Positions 38,070 to 47,536 of a DNA stretch of 64,000 nt are shown here, in pieces. Source of the stretch: an uncultured Thiotrichales bacterium (GTDB lineage: Bacteria; Pseudomonadota; Gammaproteobacteria; UWMA-0217); assembly GCA_964430355.1 (NCBI GenBank), contig CAYSFW010000005.1:13177-77176 (forward strand), read 5' to 3'. Under the pieces are notes generated by a model. That model searched no databases, had not been told where the DNA came from, and was given only the letters and a program-made list of their open reading frames with translations. Every line of letters begins with the position of its first letter. The first letter of the stretch is position 1. The position numbers and the translations under genes were made by a program.

Positions 38070-38500
38070 GTCTCTCCCCTTGCAATCCGTCGCTTGGCAG
38101 GCGCTGGTTAAGCGCGTGCGCAGTTCGAACATCAAACACCTGGCCGGATTTTAGGCGCCCGACCCAGTCGGTTCGGCGACACAGCGCACAGCCGGCCCGC
38201 TATCGAAAGGGACGTTCACACAATAATTGAGCAACCTGGGGAATCGGGATTCGCTCGGCACACAGCGAACCTAGGGCTTGCGGCGAGCGGGAGTGCGCTG
38301 CACAAGACGAGTATCAGCGGGGTGGACACGGTAGAGAGGCGGAGCCGTCGCAGAGGCTTCCTCGCAAAACCGTGAAGTCCGACTAAACTCGAAACAATTA
38401 TTTTCATCGTGTGGCTGGTGTTGTTTCCGCGTGTGGGAACGGTGTCGCGGCTCACGCCGCGTCGTGTTGTGTATCGATGGATTTCCGAGGGAGGTGGGCC

Positions 38501-39331
38501 ATGAGCAAACGGGCGCTTTGCATCGGCATTAATGACTATCCAGGCACCGCGAACGATCTCGCCGGTTGCGTGAATGACGCGCGCGACTGGGCGGATGTGC
38601 TGGATAAGCGGGGGTTCTCCGTCACGACGCTGCTCGACGGCGCCGCGACCAAGGCGGGTATGGTCGCGGCGATCCAGGATCTGATCGGTAGTGCAGTGCG
38701 GGGCGACAGCCTCGTGATCACCTATTCCGGTCACGGCACCTTCGTGCCCGATGCCAGCGGCGACGAGCCCGACGGGCAGGATGAGGGCCTGTGCCCCTAT
38801 GACATCGGCCAAGGCGCAGTGCTGCTCGATGACGAGATCCACGCGTTATTTGCCGCCCGCGGCCCGGGCGTGAAGATCGTGCTGATCTCGGACAGCTGCC
38901 ACTCGGGCACCGTTATCCGCTGGGGCGGACCCGATCCGGACAGCGATGCGCCCCGTGCGCGGTTTCTGCCGCCCGCTGCCTGGATGCCGGCGGAGCGCCT
39001 GCCGAGGAGTGCCTCGGGCGGTAGCCTAACGCGGGTACATCCCGGGCGCCCGGTGCAGAGCGCCTGGACCAACGCGCTGTCACTCGGGGAGGGTGATCTG
39101 CTCATGGCCGGCTGCCGGGATACCGAGTACAGCTACGACGCGCGCTTTGCGGGCCGCCCGAACGGGGCGTTCACCTACTACGCGCTGAAGACCCTCAGGA
39201 CGCTGCCAGCCGGTGCGACCTACGGCAATTGGTACACCGCCATCCGCAACTACCTGCCGGCGGCCAGTTACCCGCAAACGCCGCAGATCCTGGGCGGCAA
39301 GGCGCAGCGGCGCTTCAAGGTCCTGGCGTAA
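38501..39331 (+). CDS. caspase-like peptidase, MEROPS C14 (metacaspase/orthocaspase)
   Basis: 'ALCIGINDYPG...LAGCVNDA', catalytic His in 'YSGHG' and catalytic Cys in 'DSCHSG'. Confidence 0.8.
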   Translation: MSKRALCIGINDYPGTANDLAGCVNDARDWADVLDKRGFSVTTLLDGAATKAGMVAAIQDLIGSAVRGDSLVITYSGHGTFVPDASGDEPDGQDEGLCPYDIGQGAVLLDDEIHALFAARGPGVKIVLISDSCHSGTVIRWGGPDPDSDAPRARFLPPAAWMPAERLPRSASGGSLTRVHPGRPVQSAWTNALSLGEGDLLMAGCRDTEYSYDARFAGRPNGAFTYYALKTLRTLPAGATYGNWYTAIRNYLPAASYPQTPQILGGKAQRRFKVLA

Positions 39332-39470
39332 GCACCAGCCGGCAGTGCGTCCGTCCCGCACCGGGCGGACCCGTACCTGGCCCCTCTGCCGCGGGTGACG
39401 CGGCGGGTCCCGTGGGGGCCAGTAGGCTCTGTGGCCGGATCACAGATCGATAGACCCATCGGAACCTCGA

Positions 39471-42400
39471 ATGGCAACAACACGTTCCCCCGTCCGCTTG
39501 CAAATCCAGGGCGTTGCCCTCGCGGCCGGGACGCTGCCCAGCCTTCTGCAGGCGGGAAGCCGCTCGGTGAGCGACGCGGACAATCGATTCCTCCCGCCTG
39601 GCTTCGTGCAATCCACACAGGCCTATGACCTGTCGCGCTCAGCGCGCGCGACGGTGGTGCAGGCAGCACACCCCGACGTAGAGCCCGACGCAGTCCTGTC
39701 GCTCGAGCTCGAGGAGGGCGTCACCGTCTTCGTGCGTGCGGATCAGTTCCGTGAGGACCTCGAGCGCAGCGACCCGGATGCCATTCGCGACGGCGAGGTG
39801 ATCCTCGACGAGGCGGTGCGCGATCGCGGCGTGAGCCAGCGCGGGCTGTTCGGCGACGTCGTCAGGCATGTGTTCGTGCTCAAGCTGGGCACTGATGAGA
39901 TCATCGCCGACGCGAAGGCGCAGCTCCTGGAATGGCTCGGTGAGCAGGCCGGCGCGGAGCTCGGCCGCCTGGGTGTCTCCTGGTGGGGCACCAAGGCGCT
40001 AATGTGGGCGATCGAACGCCAGCTCGGCCACGAGCCTGGCCTGTACCGATGGGGAGATGACGGAGCCTTGCGGGAGCGCCTCACCGAGGGGGACGCACGG
40101 CTCGCGCAGGCGGCGCAGCAGGGGCCGCTGCTCGTGTTCATCCACGGCACGGGCTCGAGTGCGGCAGGGAGCTTTGGTGATCTGCGCAGTGCGGACGCCG
40201 CCGCCGACTGGCGCGCGCTCGAGGCCCGGTATGGCGACCGGATCTATGCCTTCGAGCATCGCACCTTGTCGGAAAGCCCTGTGGAGAACGCGCTTGCCTT
40301 GGCGCGCGTGTTGCCCGCTGGGGCGCGCCTGCATCTCGTCACGCACTCCCGCGGTGGGCTGGTGGGCGACTTGCTGGGCCTCGACGGGCTGGATGCGGAA
40401 GCGCTGCAGGGTTTCAAGCGCCGGAAGCTGGGTGATCCCGAGCTCGATGCCGAGCTGGAGCGCGCCGATGCGGCGGACCGGGAGCGCCTGCGCGAGCTCG
40501 CGGCGGTGCTCGCGCTGCGCCGGTTCCACATCGAGCGGTACGTGCGCGTGGCCTGTCCGGCACGCGGCACGCGGCTGGCGAGCGCCAATTTCGACGTGTT
40601 CATGTCGGGTTTGCTGTCGCTGATTGGCCTGGTGCCGACGCTGGCAGGAAGCCCGTTCTACGCCGCGTTCAAGCGTGTGGTGCTGGAGGTGGCGCGCAAC
40701 CGAACCCGGCCCGAGTGCGTCCCGGGTATCGAGGCGATGTTGCCGGACGCACCACTCGGACGGCTGCTGCTCGCGGCGCGGCCCGTCAAGGATCTACGGC
40801 TAGCAGTGATCGCGGGCGACATCGAGGGCGGGGGGCTCCTCAAGCGGCTCGGTGTGCTGTTCACGGACTACGTGTTTTTCGACGCGGTCAACAACGACCT
40901 CGTGGTCGACACCGACTCGATGTATGCCGGCCTTGCGCGGCCTGGCGCCGCCCGCCAACGCTTCGAGCAGGGCGCGGACGTGAGCCACTTCCGCTACTTC
41001 GCCAACCGCGGCTCGCGCGCGGCGCTACGCCAGTGGCTCACGGCCCCGGAGCCCGATGCGCTGGCCGAATTCGAACCGCTGGCGCCGGGCTTCGACGAGC
41101 CGAAGGTCGGCGCGGAGCCGGTCGCGGGCGCGCCCGCCCGCGGCGGCGCGGCCGACCGGCCGATCGTCGTGCTGCTCCCCGGGATCATGGGCTCCCACCT
41201 CACCGCCGACGGCGGCCGGGACCGCATCTGGTTCGACCCGCTCGACATCGCCGCGGGCAAGATCGAGCGGCTGCGCTGGGGCTCAGGCGGCATCGCGGCC
41301 GAGCGCCCGTTCGACCTGTTCTACGGCGATCTGATGCGGTACCTGGCCAGGTCGCAGCGCGTGGAACCGTTCGCCTACGACTGGCGCCAGCCGCTCGAGG
41401 TGCTCGGCGAGGCGCTGGCGGCGCGCGTGCGGGACTGGCTTGCTCAGACCGCCCAGCCCATCCGCTTCCTCGCCCACAACATGGGCGGTCTGGTGGTGCG
41501 GGCGATGATCGCGCGGCATCCCGACCTCTGGGATGAGGTCATGGCCCGCGACGGCGCGCGGTTCGTGATGCTCGGCACCCCCAACCGCGGCTCGCATAGG
41601 ATGGTCGAGACGCTGCTCGGCAAGTCCGAGCTAATCCGGCGGCTCGCGCGCATCGATCTCGGGCATAGCCTGCACCTGCAGGAGCTGCTGGACCTCGTCG
41701 CGGCGTTTCCGGGCGCGCTGCAGCTCCTGCCGCAGCCCGGCTTCGTGGACGAATCGGGCGAGGCCGGGGCGGACTACTATGCCGAACCGGTGTGGCACGA
41801 ACTCAAGGCGGCGTGCCGCGACCTGTGGTTTGGGGACCGCGTTGCCGCCACGCCGGCGCAGGCGGCCCTCGACGCAGTGCACGCCCAGTGGGACGAGCCG
41901 AATTTCAAGGCTGCTCGCCTGCCCGAGCGCCACCGGCAGCGCACGATCTATGTTTATGGGATGGCTGACAACACGCCCTGCGGTCTCTCCCGTCGCGGTG
42001 GCGTGGTGAAGATGCTCGGCACCCCACGAGGCGATGGCGCGGTGACCTGGAAGTCTGGCGCGCTCGAGGGCGTCGGGGCGTACTACTACATGCCTGTGCC
42101 ACACGGCGAATTGCCGGACACGCCGGCCTACTTCCCCGCGCTCGAGGCACTGCTCGAGCGCGGTGCGACTGACGCTCTGCCGACCGCGGCACCCACCCTG
42201 CGCGGTGTCGCACCGGTTCGGTCCTACGACGCCGGACCGACACCGTATCCCACCGCCGAGGAGGTCGCGCGCGGCCTGCTCGACGCCCGTCCGCGCACGC
42301 GCGCGCGCCGGCGGGCCGTGCCCACCCTGGCCGTGCAGTGCACGGCGATGGATCTGCGCTGCGTCACGCAGCCGATCATGGTCGGACACTACGAGCAGGA

Positions 42401-45215
42401 CACCATCGCGGGCGCCGAGGCGCTGATCGACCGCGAGCTCGTCAATCACGAGCTGACTCTGCGCAAACACCTGGGGCTCTATCCCGAGGCCATTGGCACG
42501 GCCACTGTCGTGCTGCAGGCTCGCAACGAGCAGGAGCAGCGTCGGGGGAGTTACCGCGGCGCGGTGGTGATCGGGTTGGGCAAGCTCGGTGAGCTGACCG
42601 GCGCGGGCCTCACCGAGGCGGTGCGCACCGGGACGCTGCGCTACCTGCTACAACTCACCGACATCCGGGCCGGGCGCGGCGAGGCGCACGATGCGGACAT
42701 CTGCCTCGCGAGCCTACTGGTGGGCTCCAATTCCACGACGAACCTCACCATTGAGGATTCCGTCAGCGCCATCGTGCGCGGGGTGCTGGAGGCCAACCGC
42801 CAGTTCGTGGAGACCATGACGCCGGCATCACCCACGCCGCCACGCGTCACGCGCCTGCAATTCGTGGAAATCTTCCTCGAGAACGCGATCGCTGCAGCCA
42901 AGGCCATCCGTACGCTGGCTGCCCAGATCAACGAGCGCGACAGTGCGCGCTACGGTATGCGCGTGGAGGCCGCAAGCGAGCTCTGTCAGGGCGACGGCAT
43001 GCGCCAGCGTCTGGACGTGGGCGGGGTGCAGTCGTTTTGGCCGCGGCTGATCATTGCCGATGCCGATCGCGAGCCCGACGACGAGACCCCGCGCGACGCC
43101 CAACAGCCGGCCACGCGGCTGCGTTTCGTCTTCCTCGGCCAGCGGGCCAGGGCCGAGATGGTGGTGCATCAACGCCAGCCAGGGCTCGTGGAAAAACTCG
43201 TCGACAAGTCGGTGAACCAGCCGCGGTTTCGCAAGGAGCTGTCGCGCTCGCTGTTCCAGCTCATGGTGCCCAACGACTTCAAGGACGCCGCGCGGCAGGT
43301 CGAGCGCATGATGCTGGTGGTCGATGGCTACACCGCCAACCTGCCCTGGGAGCTGATGCTGGCCGATGACCAACCGCTCGCCGTCCAGACCGCGTTGGTG
43401 CGCCAGCTTCGCTCGACGCGGTTCCGTCAGCGCGTCCGCACCACCCTGGATGCGCTCGCCTATGTAGTGGGCAACCCCTCAACGCAGGGCTTTGCCGCCA
43501 GCTTTCCCCGCGCCTCGCGCGACCCGGAGCCGCTCGCCGGCGCCGAGGAGGAGGCCTGCGCGGTGCGCAGCCTGCTTGCCCAGCAGGGCTTTCAGGTCAC
43601 CGAGGCGATTGGCAGGGATCAGGAGGCGCTCGACGTCATTAACAAGCTCTACCTGCAGCCGTATCGCATCATCCACATCGCCGCGCATGGCGTGTACGCA
43701 GAGCCCGACGGCCACGGTCTCGCGCGCAGCGGCGTGGTGCTCTCCGATGGCCTGCTGCTCGGCGCTGCGGAGATCGGACAGATGGAGGTGGTGCCCGATC
43801 TCGTGTTCCTCAACTGCTGCCACCTCGGCAAAACGGACACCTTGCCAGTGGCGTTCAACCGGCTGGCCTACAGTGTGGCGCGCGAGCTTATCGAGATCGG
43901 CGTGCGCGCCGTGGTGGTGGCCGGCTGGGCGGTGGATGACCAGGCCGCGCGCCTGTTCGCGGAGACCTTCTACGGCGCGCTGATCGGCGGCGACCGGCCC
44001 TTTGGCGAGGCGGTGTTCACGGCGCGCAAGAAGGTTTATGAGCGTTATCCGGAGAGCAATACCTGGGGCGCCTACCAGGCTTATGGCGACCCGGGATTCC
44101 TCATCCGTCCGGGTGTGGTGCGGGCGAACGGCGGCGCATCCGCCGCCTGGCAGCCGGTGACCATTGAGGAGCTGATCGAGCGGCTGACGGCGGCGCGCAA
44201 TGACATCCGGCGCATGGCCAAAGCACTCGATACGCGCGAGGCCCGGCGGCGGGCCGCCGAGTGTGGGCGCCTGCTCAAGGCTTGCCCGGCGCGCTGGTTG
44301 TCGGCGCCGTCGGTTAACGCGGAGCTCGGCCGATACTTCGCCGAGCTCGGCCCAGCCTATTTCGGCAAGGCGCGCAGGCATCTGGAACAGGCCGTTCAGG
44401 CCGAAGACCGGCTGGCCCGGGTACCCATCACCGCGCTCGAGCTACTCGCGAACCTGGAGGCGCGACAAGGCGAGATCGACGCCGATCTGCCGCTCGTCGA
44501 TCGTGCGATCCAGCGTCTCCTCGCCCTCGTGGAAGGGACGGGCGCCGGCACCGTCAATCCGGAGCGTTGCGCGTTGCTCGGCAGCGCCTACAAGCGGCGC
44601 GCGGTCGTGCTCGCGCGCGGCGAGGCGGGCGCGAACGGCTCGCGCAAGCTGCGCGGGCAGGTCAGTGAGGCGTTGAGCGCCAGCATCACGTGGTACCAGC
44701 GTGCCGAGGGCGCGCCTGGCGAGGGTAACTTCCGGCCTTACCATGCGCTCAACCGTCTGGCGCTGCAGGCCGTGGTTGATTTCGAGCGGCCGGAGGTGGA
44801 CGGCGATCGGGTCGCGCTGGCGCGATTTTGCGCTGAGGCGGCGACTGAGCGCTTCCGCCGTGAGCCCAATTTCTGGGATGCGATCGGCGTCGCCGATGCC
44901 CAACTCACCCAAAGCCTGCTCGACCGGACGCTGGAAGACCCGGGTGCGCCCGGCGATCTCGCGCTCGAGACGGTGCGGCGTGCCTATCGGGAAGGGCTCG
45001 TGGGCACCCTCGTCCAGCCGAAGCATCTCGATTCGGTCGTCGCGCAGATCCGTCAGATAGCCGAGCTGTACCGCGCACTCGTGAAGTTCGCGCAGCGCGA
45101 CCGGCGCGAGGCCGCACAGCGCACGGCGCTGAGACTCGACACGCTGGCCGGTGATCTGGCTCCTCGGGTCGCTCAACCGCCGTTGCTGGCAGAGTCGCAG
45201 GACGCGGAACGTTGA
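39471..45215 (+). CDS. 1914-aa multidomain protein: unknown N-terminal domain + two lipase-like alpha/beta-hydrolase domains + CHAT (caspase-like) protease + helical/TPR-like C-terminus
   Basis: Hydrolase 1 '[11 protein letters not shown]...[10 protein letters not shown]' (intact GxSxG). Hydrolase 2 '[11 protein letters not shown]...[10 protein letters not shown]' (Asn in the nucleophile position). CHAT 'RIIHIAAHG' plus '[10 protein letters not shown]'. Confidence 0.8.
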   Translation: MATTRSPVRLQIQGVALAAGTLPSLLQAGSRSVSDADNRFLPPGFVQSTQAYDLSRSARATVVQAAHPDVEPDAVLSLELEEGVTVFVRADQFREDLERSDPDAIRDGEVILDEAVRDRGVSQRGLFGDVVRHVFVLKLGTDEIIADAKAQLLEWLGEQAGAELGRLGVSWWGTKALMWAIERQLGHEPGLYRWGDDGALRERLTEGDARLAQAAQQGPLLVFIHGTGSSAAGSFGDLRSADAAADWRALEARYGDRIYAFEHRTLSESPVENALALARVLPAGARLHLVTHSRGGLVGDLLGLDGLDAEALQGFKRRKLGDPELDAELERADAADRERLRELAAVLALRRFHIERYVRVACPARGTRLASANFDVFMSGLLSLIGLVPTLAGSPFYAAFKRVVLEVARNRTRPECVPGIEAMLPDAPLGRLLLAARPVKDLRLAVIAGDIEGGGLLKRLGVLFTDYVFFDAVNNDLVVDTDSMYAGLARPGAARQRFEQGADVSHFRYFANRGSRAALRQWLTAPEPDALAEFEPLAPGFDEPKVGAEPVAGAPARGGAADRPIVVLLPGIMGSHLTADGGRDRIWFDPLDIAAGKIERLRWGSGGIAAERPFDLFYGDLMRYLARSQRVEPFAYDWRQPLEVLGEALAARVRDWLAQTAQPIRFLAHNMGGLVVRAMIARHPDLWDEVMARDGARFVMLGTPNRGSHRMVETLLGKSELIRRLARIDLGHSLHLQELLDLVAAFPGALQLLPQPGFVDESGEAGADYYAEPVWHELKAACRDLWFGDRVAATPAQAALDAVHAQWDEPNFKAARLPERHRQRTIYVYGMADNTPCGLSRRGGVVKMLGTPRGDGAVTWKSGALEGVGAYYYMPVPHGELPDTPAYFPALEALLERGATDALPTAAPTLRGVAPVRSYDAGPTPYPTAEEVARGLLDARPRTRARRRAVPTLAVQCTAMDLRCVTQPIMVGHYEQDTIAGAEALIDRELVNHELTLRKHLGLYPEAIGTATVVLQARNEQEQRRGSYRGAVVIGLGKLGELTGAGLTEAVRTGTLRYLLQLTDIRAGRGEAHDADICLASLLVGSNSTTNLTIEDSVSAIVRGVLEANRQFVETMTPASPTPPRVTRLQFVEIFLENAIAAAKAIRTLAAQINERDSARYGMRVEAASELCQGDGMRQRLDVGGVQSFWPRLIIADADREPDDETPRDAQQPATRLRFVFLGQRARAEMVVHQRQPGLVEKLVDKSVNQPRFRKELSRSLFQLMVPNDFKDAARQVERMMLVVDGYTANLPWELMLADDQPLAVQTALVRQLRSTRFRQRVRTTLDALAYVVGNPSTQGFAASFPRASRDPEPLAGAEEEACAVRSLLAQQGFQVTEAIGRDQEALDVINKLYLQPYRIIHIAAHGVYAEPDGHGLARSGVVLSDGLLLGAAEIGQMEVVPDLVFLNCCHLGKTDTLPVAFNRLAYSVARELIEIGVRAVVVAGWAVDDQAARLFAETFYGALIGGDRPFGEAVFTARKKVYERYPESNTWGAYQAYGDPGFLIRPGVVRANGGASAAWQPVTIEELIERLTAARNDIRRMAKALDTREARRRAAECGRLLKACPARWLSAPSVNAELGRYFAELGPAYFGKARRHLEQAVQAEDRLARVPITALELLANLEARQGEIDADLPLVDRAIQRLLALVEGTGAGTVNPERCALLGSAYKRRAVVLARGEAGANGSRKLRGQVSEALSASITWYQRAEGAPGEGNFRPYHALNRLALQAVVDFERPEVDGDRVALARFCAEAATERFRREPNFWDAIGVADAQLTQSLLDRTLEDPGAPGDLALETVRRAYREGLVGTLVQPKHLDSVVAQIRQIAELYRALVKFAQRDRREAAQRTALRLDTLAGDLAPRVAQPPLLAESQDAER

Positions 45216-45308
45216 GGTGGGGCAGCCGCCGTGGCGAAGCCGTGCGCCGGTTGATGCGCTGCCTAGGATTTGGGTTCGCGATGTCCGCAGAGATGGCGAA
45301 GCTCGTCT

Positions 45309-45330
45309 GCCCTCGCGGGCCCGCGAGGGC
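45309..45330 (+). other. perfect 22-bp GC palindrome/hairpin between the CHAT gene and the GH19 gene
   Basis: GCCCTCGCGG-GC-CCGCGAGGGC. It lies 94 nt after the CHAT gene stop and 46 nt before the GH19 GTG. No U-tract. Confidence 0.35.
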
Positions 45331-45375
45331 CGCAGATCCCGTTCGTTGATCTCATCGCTGTCGGAGGAGGATGAC

Positions 45376-46041
45376 GTGCAGTTCGATCGCAAGCAGTTTT
45401 TCGATGCCTACCGGGGCGTGTTTGGTCGGCTCAGCCAGAAGCAGGTGGTGGGTCTGGGCTTTCTGCTCGAGTCGCTGGAGGCGGACGCTCGCGTCACCGA
45501 CCTACGCTGGATGGCCTACATGCTCGCCACCGTGAAACACGAATGCGCCGACACCTGGCGGCCGATCGAGGAATACGGCAAGGGCAGGGACTGGCCCTAC
45601 GGGAAGCGGGTCAAGGTGCAAAGGCCGGACGGCAGCAGCGCGTTCGTCGCCTACTACGGGCGGGGCTACGTGCAACTGACCTGGCCCGAGAATTACTCAC
45701 GGCTCGGCCAGGCGCTCGGCCTGGGCGAAACACTCGCGCTCTATCCCGAGCGCGCGCTCGAGCCGCAGATCGCCTACCGCATCATGTCCTACGGGATGCG
45801 GCGTGGTGCGTTCACCGCGAGGAAACTCGCCGACTACATCAACGATGCCGACTGTGACTACAAGAACGCCCGCCGCATCATCAACGGCCTGGATCAGGCA
45901 AGCCTGATCCAGGGCTACGCCGAGAATTTTGAGCGTTTCCTCGGCTTGAGCCGCATCGATGCGCCTCCGCGCAGCCCCTACGTACCGGTGCTCAAGCCGC
46001 GGGGGCTCGATCTGCCGGAGCCGGAGCCCGAGACCGATTGA
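45376..46041 (+). CDS. GH19-like peptidoglycan hydrolase (COG3179 'predicted chitinase'/phage-type lysozyme), no signal peptide
   Basis: 'ATVKHECAD' and 'YYGRGYVQLTWPENY' GH19 catalytic signatures. GTG start with a strong SD GGAGGAGG 5 nt upstream. Confidence 0.7.
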   Translation: MQFDRKQFFDAYRGVFGRLSQKQVVGLGFLLESLEADARVTDLRWMAYMLATVKHECADTWRPIEEYGKGRDWPYGKRVKVQRPDGSSAFVAYYGRGYVQLTWPENYSRLGQALGLGETLALYPERALEPQIAYRIMSYGMRRGAFTARKLADYINDADCDYKNARRIINGLDQASLIQGYAENFERFLGLSRIDAPPRSPYVPVLKPRGLDLPEPEPETD

Positions 46042-46303
46042 GTGTGTGCCCGGCGCGTAACTGCCGGCGGGCAGTCGATCCACCGCGTAGGGCTCTGCCG
46101 CAAACGCACCGGGCTCGGTGAGCTGGGCAGCTACAGCTTCCTGCCAAACCGTGCGTGGAGCGCCCACGGGGGCGCTTCCATGCTCAACAGGAAAATCCCG
46201 ATTCATTCGTTGCCCCTCGACGCGAAGGGTAGCGAGGGGACTCATTCAGGGCATCCAAAGGCATCGCGTGGCCAGCGCCGTCCCCACCACGACGAGGGAT
46301 TTT

Positions 46304-47536
46304 TCAAAGCAGGGCTGATTCGATCTTCCCGCGCAGCCGCTCGATGCGGCGCAGGGTTTGCGGGGAGCGATCCAGACGCGCACCGAGCGAGAGCGCTGTA
46401 GCGTAGTCCTTAAGGTGATGCTCGTGGTATTTCGCGAGGTGCTCCAGCGAGGTCTGACAGCCCTCGGCTGCGAGCCGGTGCCAGATCGCAACGGCGGCTC
46501 GCCAGTCACCCGCGCGACGGTGCAAGCGCGCGAGCAGGCCAAGGGCGCGTGCATCGAGTGCCTGCGCGCGGCTGGCGAGCAAGGAACGAGCGCGTTCCGG
46601 GTCACTGCCGCTGATCCAGGACGCAAGGGCGTGCAGATCGAGATCGGGGTGCGTGGGGGCTCTGCAGGCGTGACCCAAGGCAACGTGAGACGCCGCCAGC
46701 GACACAAGATCCTCGCAGTTGTGCTGGGTGACCTGCACGAGCCGATCTATAGCACCGAGGTTCAACCAATCGAACCAGGCCTGCGGCACTTCGGACCCCG
46801 GCAGATCGTCACGGCGGCGGTAGCCGAGCAGGCGGGCTTCGACGCTCGTCAATCGACAGTCGGGCCAGCTCGCGGCAAACAGCCTGCGCATTGGGTGCAG
46901 CAGGTCGAGATGCCCGAGTGCGGGTAGGGGATCGCGCAGGCCGTGCATGCGCAAGCGCGTGGCGAGCAGCGGGGCATCGAAGCTCCGACCGTTGTAGGTC
47001 ACGAGGTGGTCCGCTGGTTCGAGCGCGCTGGTGAGCTCGGCGAGCAGGGTGGCCTCACCGACGAAGCGGGTGAGCAGCCATTGCGTGACCCGCAGCCGTT
47101 CGCCTCGCACGCGCGCCAGCCCGACAAGGAAGGCGAGGGTGCCGCTGCCGCCGCTGAGTCCCGTGGTTTCGGTGTCGAGGTAGACGTGTTGCTCGGGCTT
47201 GATGTCTGGCCCGCCCGGCAGCGGCACGGGATGCCGGAGGTTGGCCAGCGGGATCCCGCCCCGCTGACTGTCGAGCGGAACGTCGCGTTCAATGCGAATG
47301 AGACCGTCGGCGATGAGTTCACCACCCGCGCGCGCGGCGAGTTCCGCGGATGTCGCACGCGCCGTGCTGGCGGGCGCAAGGCCGCGGGCGCGCGCGCCCG
47401 ACAGTCGGGCGAGCCGGTCGCGGAGGGTGCTCGTGGGGTTGCCGCTGGCCTGCGCATCGGGCGGGGATGCGCCCGGCGCCGGCGGTCGCGCGCCGGCCTG
47501 CCTTTGTAGCTCAGCGAGTCTATCGCGCAGGTTCAT
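46304..47536 (-). CDS. YprB/MrfB-like RNase H-fold exonuclease with C-terminal TPR
   Basis: 'VYLDTETTGLS' and 'LVTYNGRSFD' DEDD/RNaseH-like exonuclease motifs. Overlaps the upstream helicase stop. Confidence 0.7.
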   Translation of the reverse strand: MNLRDRLAELQRQAGARPPAPGASPPDAQASGNPTSTLRDRLARLSGARARGLAPASTARATSAELAARAGGELIADGLIRIERDVPLDSQRGGIPLANLRHPVPLPGGPDIKPEQHVYLDTETTGLSGGSGTLAFLVGLARVRGERLRVTQWLLTRFVGEATLLAELTSALEPADHLVTYNGRSFDAPLLATRLRMHGLRDPLPALGHLDLLHPMRRLFAASWPDCRLTSVEARLLGYRRRDDLPGSEVPQAWFDWLNLGAIDRLVQVTQHNCEDLVSLAASHVALGHACRAPTHPDLDLHALASWISGSDPERARSLLASRAQALDARALGLLARLHRRAGDWRAAVAIWHRLAAEGCQTSLEHLAKYHEHHLKDYATALSLGARLDRSPQTLRRIERLRGKIESALL

